Assembly (NCBI GenBank): GCA_001244265.2
Contig: CDLV01000013.1
Location: 1,054,001 to 1,118,000, forward strand
From: Microbotryum violaceum
Lineage: Eukaryota
Direction of reading: 5' to 3'
DNA: 64,000 nt
Of this stretch, positions 37,072 to 49,011 are shown one piece after another. The translations under genes and the position numbers were made by a program. The notes under the pieces are model-generated. The model saw only the letters and a program-made list of their open reading frames with translations, was not told the DNA's origin and searched no databases. Within the stretch, counting starts at the first letter, position 1. The number at the start of each line of letters is the position of its first letter.

Positions 37072-38322
37072 ATGTCTGGAAAGTCCTTGCTCGTCGTTCT
37101 CACCTCGTGTGACAAGCTCATCAGTGAGTTGAAAGCACCGTCTGCTTACTATGCGCTGTGCCCCACACCAGCGCCACATCATTACGTGCTCGGATTCCAC
37201 CACGTTCCACCCATGCGACCCCACTCGTTCCTCGACTGCGCGCTTTCCTGTCACTCGGTCGCTCTCGCCAGGCCATCCATCCGCTTCATCTTGTCACACC
37301 CACCTTGAAATGTACACCGTCTGACAATGCTTCCACTCCCCCTCCCCACCCCACTCCCTTCTCTCGGAACCCGACGACCGCCCGACCGCCCCTCTCCCCC
37401 TCCTCTCTACCCCATCAGACGACCGCGGCGCCACGGGATGGTACCTCCCCGAGCTCGCCCACCCTTACTACGTCTTCAAGAAGGCCGGCCTCAATTTGAC
37501 CTTCGCGTCCCCCAAGGGCGGCGAGGCGCCTTTGGACCCTGCGTCAGTCAAGGCTTTCTCCGAGGTTAGTTGAATTTGGCCACGTTTTCGTTACGAAGAT
37601 ACATTCGGCTCATCAAATTTGGAATGTGCTGTAATTTTTTTCTTAGGACAAGGAGTGCCAAGAGTTCCTCAAGGATGAGGAGGCGCAGAAGCTCGTCAAG
37701 AACACGCACAAGCTCAGCGAGTTCAAGGAGAAGGACTTTGATGCCATCTTCTACGTCGGCGGCGTAAGTCCAATCCCCCAAGCTCGACCTTGACATCGCG
37801 GTCTGCACCCACAAAGACGAAGAATTGTCCAACTGATCTTTGTAAAACCGCTTTCCATCCTCTACAGCACGGACCCACGATCGACTTGCGAGTAGACCCC
37901 GTCTCGATCAACCTCGTCGAATCCTTCTACGCCGCCGGCAAGCCCACTTCGGCGGTCTGCCACGCCCCCGGTGCGATCCTCTCCCAAGCCAAGGACCGCA
38001 AGACCGGCGAAGCGCTCGTGAAGGGCAAGCGCTACACGACCTTCACCGATTCGGAGGAGAAGGCCGCCGGTGGGGTGGGTACGATCCCCGAATTGGGGGA
38101 GGAGACTTTGACCAAGTTGGGTGGAATCCTTGAAAGGACCGATGACTGGGGTGTCAAGGTCGTCGTTGACGGCAACGTGAGTTCTCTTTCGAATCCATGT
38201 GCTGAGTTGTTCAGACGAAGTATTGATGGCCTCGTTTGAATTTTGAACAGTTGATCACGGGCCAGAACCCCGCTTCGGCCGGCCCCATCGCCGAGAAACT
38301 CGTCGAGATCCTCGGTGCTTGA
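37072..38322 (+). CDS. DJ-1/PfpI family protein (Hsp31-like glyoxalase III)
   Basis: GWYLPELAHPY, FASPKGG.APLDP, DAIFYVGGHGP, SAVCHAP, LITGQNPAS. Confidence 0.92.
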
Positions 38323-38675
38323 ACGACGAGAGAAGTTCAGAATTAAGTGACTATAGCCCTTGTAGCGAATCAAAAACCACAACTGTTCTCTTGACAATAT
38401 GATATGAATCATGTCCCCAGTAAACCACGTATGAACTTGCTGGGCCTCACGTTTCTCTTCGCTTCGTAGGTTTTGGTAACTTTTGAGATTGCACATAACA
38501 TCGGACACGTCCCGTACAAACTCGCACAGTCAAAACCACATTCAAACCGCTTCGTTGGGTACCAAATCCCTCGCCATCGGCTCGACAACTCCTGTGGCCC
38601 GGTCCTCCCATCTCACGATAATAAAGTTTCGTCGTCCGGCGCGAGTGAACCTTTATCTCGTTACGACTTTTATAA

Positions 38676-40158
38676 TTACTTGGAAGCGACGCTAGGACCG
38701 AGAACCTTGTTGATTTGCGAGCGGAGGCCCATGAGGGAGGTGACGACACTGGAAGGGGGGGGGGGGAAAGAACGAAAAAGGGACGGGTCAGCCTTCCCTT
38801 TTTTTTTTATGCTCCGAGTCCAACCACCAGCTTCGAGTATCAAAAAGGTACTTACCCAACAAGACCCAAGACCCCATCGTCAAGGTTATGGTAACCCAAA
38901 ACCCCAGCAGGGAGAAGGATATCCAAACCATCTTGCACCAATTGGGTCCTCACCGCGGCCTTTTGCGCCAACACGGCCTTGAGCTCGGCTTTACGTTCGA
39001 CTTCCTTCTCGGACGCACGCGTGCGACGCGCCTTGGCTTCGCGCGCGCTGAGGTCCACGAGACGGTAGATGGACGAGATGAGCGAGAACGAGATACCGGT
39101 GAACCAGAGCTTGGCGGCGCGTTGGGACACGATCTTGGCGTCGGCGGGGGACAAGGGGCGGACTTTGGACGAGTGCGCCTGTTGATTGAACGAGAGATTG
39201 GTCAGCGCGGGGACGAGACTGACTGGTAAGAGAAAGTTTTGATAAAAGGCTTACCCAAACGAGCATGTCGTTCCACAAGTAGCCGGCGTAACCCAATTGA
39301 CGACCCAAAGCGGTGAACTTGAGGACCGGGTCTTGAACGTCGAGCGACTTGACCGCGGCTTGAAGGTGCTCGAACGGTTTACCGATACGCATCACTGTGA
39401 GATCCAAGGGCTGTTAGTCAGCGTACTTGATCCAGCCTGAAGAAGGACGTTGAATGGCACCCACACTTTCGGGACAGCCCCAAGGTCGACTTGAGGGCGG
39501 TCAAACGCGCGACCGTCTCATTCGTGTAGCCCTTGCGGAGGGTGTCTGCGCAGAGGGGAAGAAAGCGTCAAAGGGTCAGCTAGCTGAAATATACCTGACT
39601 AGGTTGCTTGGTCGAGCTGCATCAACTCTTGAGAGACGCGTATTCGCCGGGATAGGATTCACGTGACACTTGGTCGGGGCTGCCGAAGCGAGCGGGGACG
39701 TAAGGGGGGGGGGGGGGGGGGGGTGAGGGGGGAGGGTCACCTACAGAAGGCCAAGAAGCGAGCGAGGTATTGGATCGTTCGATAAGCCTTGTCACGCCCG
39801 ACTGTTTGGGTTTTGAAAGAGATGCACGCGCCGTGAGTATTGTTCGGGCATGAGCAAGGGTGAATACCGGGCCAGCTGAGCGGTGATAACCGGAAGCCCA
39901 GCCCCAGCTCGCCCGCCGCGGGGACGGAGTTCGGGGAGGCAACCCGCAGCCCGTCCTACTACGGCGGCGATACGGAGACAGGAGAGCACTGACCCGTGGT
40001 GGAGGCGACCTTGATCGACGAGGTGATGGCAGGGTGCAAGACCAGTTGGTGAACAGCCGACTGTGAGGGACTCAATCAAGGGCGCCGAGTTAGAATCAAT
40101 CCACCGTGACATGATCGGGACCAGTCCGACAGTGTGCCGCGGCCGCACGACTCGCCAT
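38676..40158 (-). CDS. PEX11: Peroxisomal membrane protein PEX11
   Basis: MSAVHQLVLHP..., LGLSRK/VMRIGKPFEH, GRQLGYAGYL, LVQDGLDILLP..LDDGVLGLVG.VTSLMG. Confidence 0.9.
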
Positions 40159-40940
40159 GGTAATGTATGAAGTGAGTCTGCAGTAGAAAGAGGCTTCGAG
40201 TTCAGTCGCAGACGAGCACGATGCAGAGACGAGTGCGGGACTAACCTTGGGAGTTAAGATGCTATGGTTGTGTGCGAGGGGTAACGTAGAAGCGTTACGT
40301 CGCGAGTGCGCGTTAGTTCAGGGCACAAGTTCCCGCGCGCATTACAGGATTAGGCTTCCTAATAGCCACGAGTACTAATAATGGGATTATGGGAGGCTAG
40401 GTTCAGCGAGCCGAAGATCGTGCTGTCATTGAAATGCAGGGGTGGGACCACTGTCCACAAAGGGCGGAGTTTTTTGGAAGAGGGGGAGTGTGAAAAAACC
40501 TGGAGGGTGTGCGGACGGCGACGTTCAGATGGGATGCATGCGCTGGAACTGCCATATTGGCTGCTGCGCAATAGTTTAATTTTCGATAAGCCTGGAACAC
40601 GACACGAAGCAGGGCGGGCAGGTGACAGTTGATACTACTAGGTGGAGGTGGAACGAAGAAACCCATCGCGCAGAATGAAGTGTGGACACGGAGTTGGGTA
40701 TATGCCAATGAGCGGCAAGAAGCGGCAATGAGAGGGAAATAGTAATGAGGAAATGATCAGGCGCACACTTCAGTGTGCGTGTGAGAGCGAGCCTTGCAAC
40801 TTTCTCATTCGGCCAAAAACTGCAAGCTCGGTGAAGGGAACCAGTTTTGGGCGAAGATCGAAGTCAACCTCATGCAGTCCGAAGCAGTAACCCGCCGAGT
40901 GGTCCTTCTTTCAACGCCGACTCGGGCTCGGACTTGCATT

Positions 40941-41032
40941 GATTCTGATTCAGGGTCAATGAGTCCTACACTACTGGCCTAGCCAGTTTGCTTAACTGCA
41001 TTCCCTCCAATTTTTCCAAAGGTTCCTAGGTA
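40941..41032. repeat. Dispersed 92-bp repeat, copy B
   Basis: Same orientation as 6898-6989; contains the hairpin ACTGGC-CTA-GCCAGT. Confidence 0.9.
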
Positions 41033-41196
41033 TTACTACACTATCATTGAAGCCTAGCAAATTTAATCAAACTTGCAGGTTGCGCTCGGACTTGGGACGA
41101 GCGTGCCGGCTTAGACCCAGCCCCGTCACCCGTCACCCGTCATCGTCATCGAAGCAACCACGTTACCGGGACAAACGCGACTCACCTCGACTAAAG

Positions 41197-42402
41197 ATGC
41201 GAAGTAGCTTGCTCCGCGGAATCGTCCTGGCGCTCGCACCTCTAGTTGTGGTCCAAGCTGCACGTGAAACGATCCAAGAAGCAGGTCAGTGCGGAGCGCT
41301 ACAATGTTCATCCCAGCGCCTTCGCGTTCTCTGTGCACCGAGTAGGCAGACCACTGGGAAGTTGATACCTTCCTCCATGTAACAGCCATTCATGCTCGCG
41401 AACTGCTTCAATACAGGGCCTATGGCGTAGGGACGTTGATGTCGAACTACCCTCACGACTTTGAGGTGCCCGAACTGAGAGGTTTGCCAATCGGCTTGCA
41501 GGTGCGTTCGAGCTGGCACGATGGGAGACCAGGAAGGCGTGTAGGGATACCAGCTAGACGTATCCTGAGAGCTCCCTGAGCGGTTGGATATCTATCGCAG
41601 GAGTACTACAGCATCTATCCCGGATCGGACGGGGATTTGCTCCTACTCGTGATGCCCATCTCCAAGGTCGGTCACCATTATCGGCAGTCTACTGTCGCAG
41701 AGTCAAATTATGTGCTCTTTCTCAAGCCAACCTTGTTGAACCCACAGATCTTCCGTAATGCGCTACCCCCGAACGTACCCAACATGACGATGACTGTCGC
41801 GGATCTCTACGGCTTCGGCACCGGGAACCTTGCCGCTGGTCGGATGCGCATCGCCCTATTCGGCACACTCGAACTCATTACAGATGAGGAGGAGAGTGCG
41901 AAGTGCAAGAAGGCGTATTTGGAACAGCATGGGGATGCGAGGGGATGGGCGGGGGAGAAGGGTCCCCATTCGAGTGTCTGGGGCAGACTAAGGGTCGAGA
42001 AAGTGTATGCCTTCGTGAGTTTGGGACTCAGGGGCGTCTTTGGAAGATGAAGATATGAAGTGCTTAATCACTTTACTTTGGACATTACGTCAGGATGGTT
42101 TTGGAGACGTTGCGTACATCGGCTGGGTCCCCCTCGAGATGTACCGAGAAGCGACAAGCAAGATGAGGTCCGAGAAGCAAGTCAAGAAGGACTGGCCCGT
42201 GCCTCGGCAGCCCGACGACTCGGGCCTCGTTTCTGCGAGATGGTTGTTCGCCGAAACGGATTCGTCGATGGCGGATGCTGCGAGGCTGGCGACGTGTGAA
42301 AGTCTGGGTGAGGACGACTGCGAGAGGCTCCTCTTTGAGGCCAAGGTGACCGGCTCGGGGGAGGCAGTGGAAGCCGAGCCGATGTTCACACTCCAGCTTT
42401 GA
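41197..42402 (+). CDS. Secreted CREG-like / pyridoxamine-5'-phosphate-oxidase-fold protein
   Basis: Signal peptide; ARELL..GTLMS..PIGLQEYY, RIALFGTL, CKKAYLEQHGDARGW..H.S.W.RL.V.KVY.FDGFGDVAYIGW. Confidence 0.75.
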
Positions 42403-42920
42403 TGGCTGTACTTCTTTGCGTACCCTTTCGTCTGAGTGAATGTAACATCTCTGTCTGTTGTTGAATGGGTGAAAGGGAAGCTGAGCTCATTTCGAAACGA
42501 TGGCGAGCGGGGTGTACAAGGCCGGTCCACCGCGGCGATCACCACAGGTACCAGATCATTGCCCTTCCCGGTGATTATGTACGCACGCGTAAGATCGGAG
42601 CTCCACGATATTCGGGACACGAGCTTTTTTTTGAAAGGGGTTCAATGACAATCCGACTATTCGAGCACCACAAATCCAAAGAGAATCTAGAGAGAACGCC
42701 ACCGACAGGAACTGAGATTTTGGAATTTGATTGCATGCATGCTTTATAGTTAGAACCTGGCAGATCTCTCGCCGCTGAGGAGCGTCGATCTGAAGTCCGG
42801 ACCTTTACACAACGACGGATCCGCCTCCTTTCCACACCTTTTTCGACGTCAACGAAACTTGCGCTTGCCACTTTTGGTTTTGATCAGTGCTGGTCACTTC
42901 CTCAAGCACCGAGAGGGCCA

Positions 42921-43892
42921 ATGGATACGGCGCACGGTGCGGGCGGAGGCGGCCGCGCTGATGGTTTCGTGCGTCTTGAGATGGAGGAGACTGGTTCACG
43001 TGTGAGCGATGACGTCACGGATGATGATGAGCTTGAGCAGCTCGTGTAGATGTAACGCACTGCCTATGAACCGCCCCGGCCGACGAGGGTGCGTTGGTAT
43101 GGTCGCGTACGCGATCTCTTAACGCCTGCATGGATGGGCGATCGCACGCACCTAAGTTCCCCAATGACTTCGGTCAATCTGACGCCCTAGCTTCGGCACC
43201 TTTTCCTTGACGATTTCGTTCGGTGGGTACTCTTTATCATGTCTTTTTATATCGCACCGCAACAGGAGCAGGTGGGCCGCAAGCGCATGGGGGCTCGAAC
43301 GTGGGCCTTCTGGTATGTCGGTCTCATGTGAAAAGCCAGTTGGACAACTCGAGCGAGGCGATCAAGGGGGTTACTAACACCCGAACGTTGTTCGTACATA
43401 TCTATCCAGCTTCGAGCGACCATGTATGCTCGGAATCTCGGTATCGTAATGTTGGTCGACAATAATCATTGGTGAGAACACTGCCGACGGCTCACGGCGG
43501 AATTCTACGGCACCCCTGTTTTGCTGACCAGACGGAAAGATACTCCTTTGAAGGCCGTACGGGCGCTTGGAGTACTATTTTGAGCCCTATACGGTCGATT
43601 GCGTTCCCCCATCGGACTTGTACGACTAGAATCAGACCACTAGCCTACGGGAAAAGGGATGGAGAACAGCGGCTCGCATCAGAGTTAGCCAGAAGGACAC
43701 ACGGCACATGGACGCCACGGGCCAAGAGCTCTTCTTCGACCGCGAGAAGGACGGATTGCAGCGCGTGCAGCGCGTGCAACGCTTAATGCTCGGTCAAAAC
43801 CCAAAGCCGAGCGTATTAACAGCTTCTGAGACTCTTCCAGGACTGTTGATCCCTGCCTTTGAAGAGTACGCCCAGCTGTTTCACACAATGTT
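42921..43892 (+). pseudogene. Decayed partial duplicate of the downstream GT23-like gene
   Basis: Collinear with about 44690-45978; TAG at 43047, first donor site lost, about 350-bp deletion, 9-bp duplication near 43760, 3' truncated. Confidence 0.85.
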
Positions 43893-44661
43893 CCCCCTTA
43901 CACTGTCTTTGTGGACCTTTTGAACTTGGGGGTCTGCCATTGCAACTGGAGATACAAGGGGTAACCATTTCTTTGAGTCGATCCGTATCAGTGTCACTTC
44001 GTTCAGCGAACCAACACGTGGCGTGTTCAACAAAGGGGGTCTGTGCTGAGACTTAGGAGCGAAGGTCCAAGCGGTTCAAGTGCGACGTGGCGTCTCCTCA
44101 CGGACCCGGTTGCGCCAGCGGGAAGTCTTCTCGTGATCGATGAGAAAGTATTGAACATCTCCCAAACCCTATCCGAGAGAGGCATGCAAACTCTCTCGAT
44201 TCGGGCTCGATCCGAGAGAGACTTTACGGAGTATCTCAGCCGCTGAGCCCGGGGTGCGATCACGACTTAATTCGAGGTGCATGGCGGGCGCCGTCGGGGT
44301 CGTAGTCGATCTGTGTTGGCACTGTGGAAAACAGTCAAGAAAGATGTAAGGGTTGATGTGTTCGGGTTCCCTCCAATCATCCAAATTGTCTACGTCGTCT
44401 AAAGGAAAGAGAGGAGCAAGCGAGGACCAATAGGTGGTATGACGATTCTCATAAGGAGAGGAGAGCTTGTCTCAGTTATGGGACAGGTGCGTCGAAAGCA
44501 CCCAACCCTCACAATCCTTGATCGGTGACCCCACCACGCCTCCGAAGCAAACGTGTACCAATCTTGCGCGAATCCTACATCGAATTCAAGACCCTTGCTC
44601 TTGCTCCTGTCGTTCTTGATCGGTACTGGACACTCCCCCAAGGGCCGGGAGAACCAACTTA

Positions 44662-46891
44662 ATGCGCTGCACGGCGGCGCGTCATCCGAGCGGAGGGGGC
44701 CGTCGTGGTTTCGTGCCCCTTGAGATGGAGGAGAATGATTCGCATGTGAGCGACGAGACCTTGAATGAGGATGAGGTCGAGTGCCTCGCGGAAGCGAACC
44801 TGCAAGGGACGGCGTACGGACCATCCCCATCGACGAAGGCGCGTTGGTATGGTCGCGCACGCGATCTCTTAATGCCTCGATGGATGGGTGATGGCAGGCA
44901 CCTAACGAGTCCCCCAGTGAGTTCAGTCAATCCGACGCTCTGTCTACGGGTCCTTTTGATTGAAGATCGAGTATACCTCGTCATATCTTCCTCTATCGCA
45001 ACAGAAATGGGTGGATCGTCAGGCCATGGGCCACCAGGCCTTCGATGCGCGGTCAAGAGGAGCTCAAGTGGCGTTTGTCACGCTGGTGCTCGGGCTCATG
45101 CTCGCACTCGCGGTGCAAACGGCCAGACTGTCGTCAGCCACAGCAAACAAGCCCGCGGATACGAATCAAATCTTCGACAGTTCTGAATTGCCTGGACCTA
45201 TCGAGGACGTGTATCCAGCGTCGATGGTGGTGCGCCCCCCTCCGCCCCCCTTCGACGAATCGAGCATCGTAGTGGAGGAACCTTCGCATTCACACGAGCC
45301 GGTATGGCGACTTTCAGCCGACGCCAGTCACCTTCCAAAATGCGGACAGTTCATCCTCATGCCCTTATTTGTTTCGGGGTGGGGTTCGAACGTGGGCCTT
45401 CTAGTACGTCGGTCTCATGTCAATAGCCAGTTGAACAAACCGCACGAGGCGATCGAGTCAGTGTACTGACACCCGAGCTTTGCTCGTACATATCTATCCA
45501 GCTTCGAGCGGCCATGTATGCTCAGAAGCTCGGTATCCCACTGTTGGTCGACGATAATGATTGGTGAGAACCCTGTCGACGGCTCGAGGCGGGATCCCAC
45601 GGGTTCCCTTTTGTTCTGACCCGAAGGACCCACTGCTCCTTTGAAGGCCGTACGGGCGCTTGGGGTACTATTTTGAGCCCTATACGATCGATTGCGTTCC
45701 CCCATCGGATTGGTACGACCAGAATCAGACCACTGGCATACGGCAAAGAGGGTGGAAAACGGCGCCTCGCATCAGAGTTAGCCGGAAGGACACCCGGCGC
45801 ATGGACGACATGGACCACGAGCTCTTCTTCGACCGCGAGAAAGACGGATTGCAGCGCGTGCAACGCTTAATGCTCGGTCGCAACCCAATGCCGAGCGTAT
45901 TACCGGCTTCTGAGACTCTTCCAGGACCGTTGATCCCTGCCTTTGAAGAGTACGCCCAGCTGTTTAGCACCATGTTCAAGCCCGTGCCGGAGATTCTCGA
46001 AGATGTGGAAAGGGTAAAGACGCTGATGGGCCTCCGGGGTAAACGGCCGACGGTTGCGGTGCAAATTCGATTAGGCGACAAGGTTCACGAATATAAGTCA
46101 AGTACGCGTTTCATCCAAAACGCGTTGTGAGTCGCCGAATGGCCCTTTTCTGTCCGCAGCCAAGGGTGGCCGTTCGCTTACCCCCGACGTGGCCAAACCT
46201 CTCGCAGCGGGAACTTGACCGCGCATCTGGAAGTTATGCACGACCTCTACGATCGCTTGATCGGGTGTCCATCCGCCCAAGTCGATATTTGCTACCCCCT
46301 TTCCCCGACCGCTCGTCGCTTCTCGATCGACAACACGCGACCACGTGCCATCGTCCTCACAATAGAGGACGATGTCTTAGGCAACATCGCGCGAAATCCG
46401 ATCGCACACCCTTTTGAATTCGATCGGACACCGGGGATAAAGGTTTCTGCCCACTCGACGTTCCGTCAATCGTCATTCAATGAGTTGCCCTTGAAGGCTC
46501 GCGTGGCCAGTACGCGTGCGCTCGTTCGGGACATTATTATCGCGGCGAGAGAGACGGACGCCACGGTAGTGACGATGGGGAGCAACCTCGGGCGACTGAT
46601 CTCGCTGTGAGTGTGCTACGCTCATGGGCGAAAGTGACTTTGTTGCGTAGCACTGGAACGCTCAACTTAGTGTTTTATACCACAGATTTGCTGGCCCCGA
46701 GGCGGTGTTGGGTCCCAAGAATTCTACATCTGGCGAATTTGTAGGAGGCCGGATGTCAGTCGATCGGCGCGCAATCGCTGCTCGTGTTGTACTCATCATC
46801 TTTCGTTCCGTTTCACAGTCGAGCGCTAGACGTCCCTTGGTTCGCTACAACGAGCCCGCAGGGGGGCTGGTCTCGCGTACCTCCGAAGTAA
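44662..46891 (+). CDS. Type II membrane glycosyltransferase, GT23 (FUT8/NodZ)-like putative fucosyltransferase
   Basis: TM segment VAFVTLVLGLMLALAV; SGWGSNV..WPYG..YFEP; PTVAVQIRLGDK (compare FUT8 VGVHVRRTDK); DATVVTMGSNLGRL; exons splice in frame. Confidence 0.6.
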
Positions 46892-47808
46892 TTTGAAGCG
46901 CAGCCAAATTCTCGCTGCTGGCTGCTGGCTGAGGCGGTCCGTCAGAGCTGAATTGTGTTCTATGTTCTACATCGAGTGAAAGTTGTAAATCATGTCCTGA
47001 GATGAGTCTGCCTGTGGTTTCTGCGCGGGTGCGCGTGCGTTTGGTTATTAGTGACTTTGGTATTGTTTGAGCTGTTTGAGTTAGGGAGCGCGCGGGGCTT
47101 TCTTCGCGCGCGGCTGTCGACCTCTTGAGAGCTTTCTCCTCACTCGATCGCGCTACATTGTGGTCCAATTCTCTCGGTGTCGCTACCTCTCCCCTATCGA
47201 GAGTCTATCTTCCGCGCTCGCACCTTTCCTGAGATTAAGAACCTTGGTAATACAGGGTGTAGGTTGGCTTTCGTATGAGAGGTTGATGAGTACCTAGTGT
47301 GTGCAGTGCACGCTGGCTGTTTGCGAGTGGTACTAGCCGCAGTCCGCCGAGGTGCCAGTGGACTTGGGGCGAAATTGGACCGCTAGCATTGGTATCGTCA
47401 TCATTGACCAAGTCGAATTGATTATATGTGTTATTGTTCTAGATCATGTCACGTCGACTGTGCACTTTGCTTGGAATCCACTGCCTGCGCCGAGACTGAG
47501 TCCGACCGAGCCACCGGGCCGTTCTGCTGGAAGCGAGATTCTCGAATCAGTCAAAATGGAGTCTTGGTGCGCGGAGTAGAGCGCCTCAAATAAATGGAGC
47601 AAAGTAGCGTACACTATTCGCGCCGAAGCAGTGCTGACCAATGTAGCCCAAGTTTGCCCCCAGGTCAGCCTGAGAGTCGTCTAGAGCTATCTAGAGTGGT
47701 CAGGCGAATCGAGTGCCCTGCCCAGCGCGCGGGGTCTCGCTCGGCTCTCCCTCTCTCAACCTCATCTCTGGCACCTGCTCCACCTTCAACGCGTCACCAA
47801 GAGTCATC

Positions 47809-48539
47809 ATGTCGGCGTCCAAGAAACTGCGAGCGTGTCTGATGTGCAGCTTCGTCGCGATGCCATCCGAATTCAGGAGAGATGGCTGTCCGAACTGTGA
47901 TGAGTACCTCGAAGTCAGTAAATGACGCGATGACGGACGACAGACGACGACGAAGAGCGCTCGGCGCTCGCCGATTTCGAGGGAGCGACATGATACGGAT
48001 GCTGATGGTGTGGTGTATATGCTACGTATGGAACAGATGAAAGGCTCGAGCGATCGAGTGGTGGAATGCACGACGACCAAGTTCGATGGGGCGATCGCAT
48101 TGATCAACCCGAGGGAAAGCTGGGTCGTCAGTTCATGAGCTGGGCAAGGGGCGACCATTCTGTACGGCGACGGAGCACTGATCATGTTTGTTTCTCTCAC
48201 CTAGGCCAAATGGCAGAGGAATGGTGCGTCTCCGTCTCCCACCCGATGACGAGGGGAGGTCATGAAAGCTCGAACGAGCTCCGGTGTGGTGTGCATGCGC
48301 AATGAGCAGCTGACCAGGATATGATGACACTGTCGATGACAACAGACAAACACTCACCTGGGGTATACGCCGTCAGGTAGGCTCTCCACTCCAAGGGCTC
48401 GACGGGATACGGTCTCCGTACTGACCAACCACGGTCTGTTCTGTGGCTCAGGGTGACCGGTCAACTGCCCGAACAGATCGTCGAGGACTTGGAGGCGAGG
48501 GGGGTCACGGTCCATTCGAGGGAGATGAACGATGACTGA
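47809..48539 (+). CDS. SPT4: Transcription elongation factor SPT4
   Basis: LRACLMC..F.RDGCPNC..ECTTTKFDG.IALINPRESWVAKWQ..PGVYAVRVTGQLP. Confidence 0.96.
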
Positions 48540-49011
48540 TTCAGTTTCGAGTGCAGAAGGTTACCGAGGACTTGTGTGTACTTGTGTGGGGACCGTGCGG
48601 GTGTACATGTTGTCCGATATGATTTAGCCGTGGATTGCCGATATAATATGGATCATGATTTTCCGGGATCTCTCAGGAGAGGAGGCGAGATCAAAACCCC
48701 GGTTCTAGTGTCTCCCATTGATATAAAAACTGCATGAATCGATGAATGCTCATCTGCTTGGGGGTTTGACTTGACTCTGGCTAGCGCGATTTCATAGCGA
48801 GGAAATGCGAGGACTCCAACACGTCGCGAGAACTTGGCGCGCTTCCACTTGGCGATGGAGCTTGTTGCTCCCTCCGACTAGGGCTAGGATCCTTACAAAG
48901 CAACCGGTTACCTCTCCCCCCCAAATTCTTCAGCGCTGATCTGCGCTCTTCCTCCACCCCAAGCCGCGGGGGAAGACAAGGGAACTGGCCCGTACTAGTT
49001 CCGACCGCTCG

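Noticed and set aside
39820..39900. Possible intronic TPP riboswitch near PEX11
   Set aside because: Lacks the conserved CUGAGA and UGAU..GNUAAU..AGCG core; gene context is unrelated
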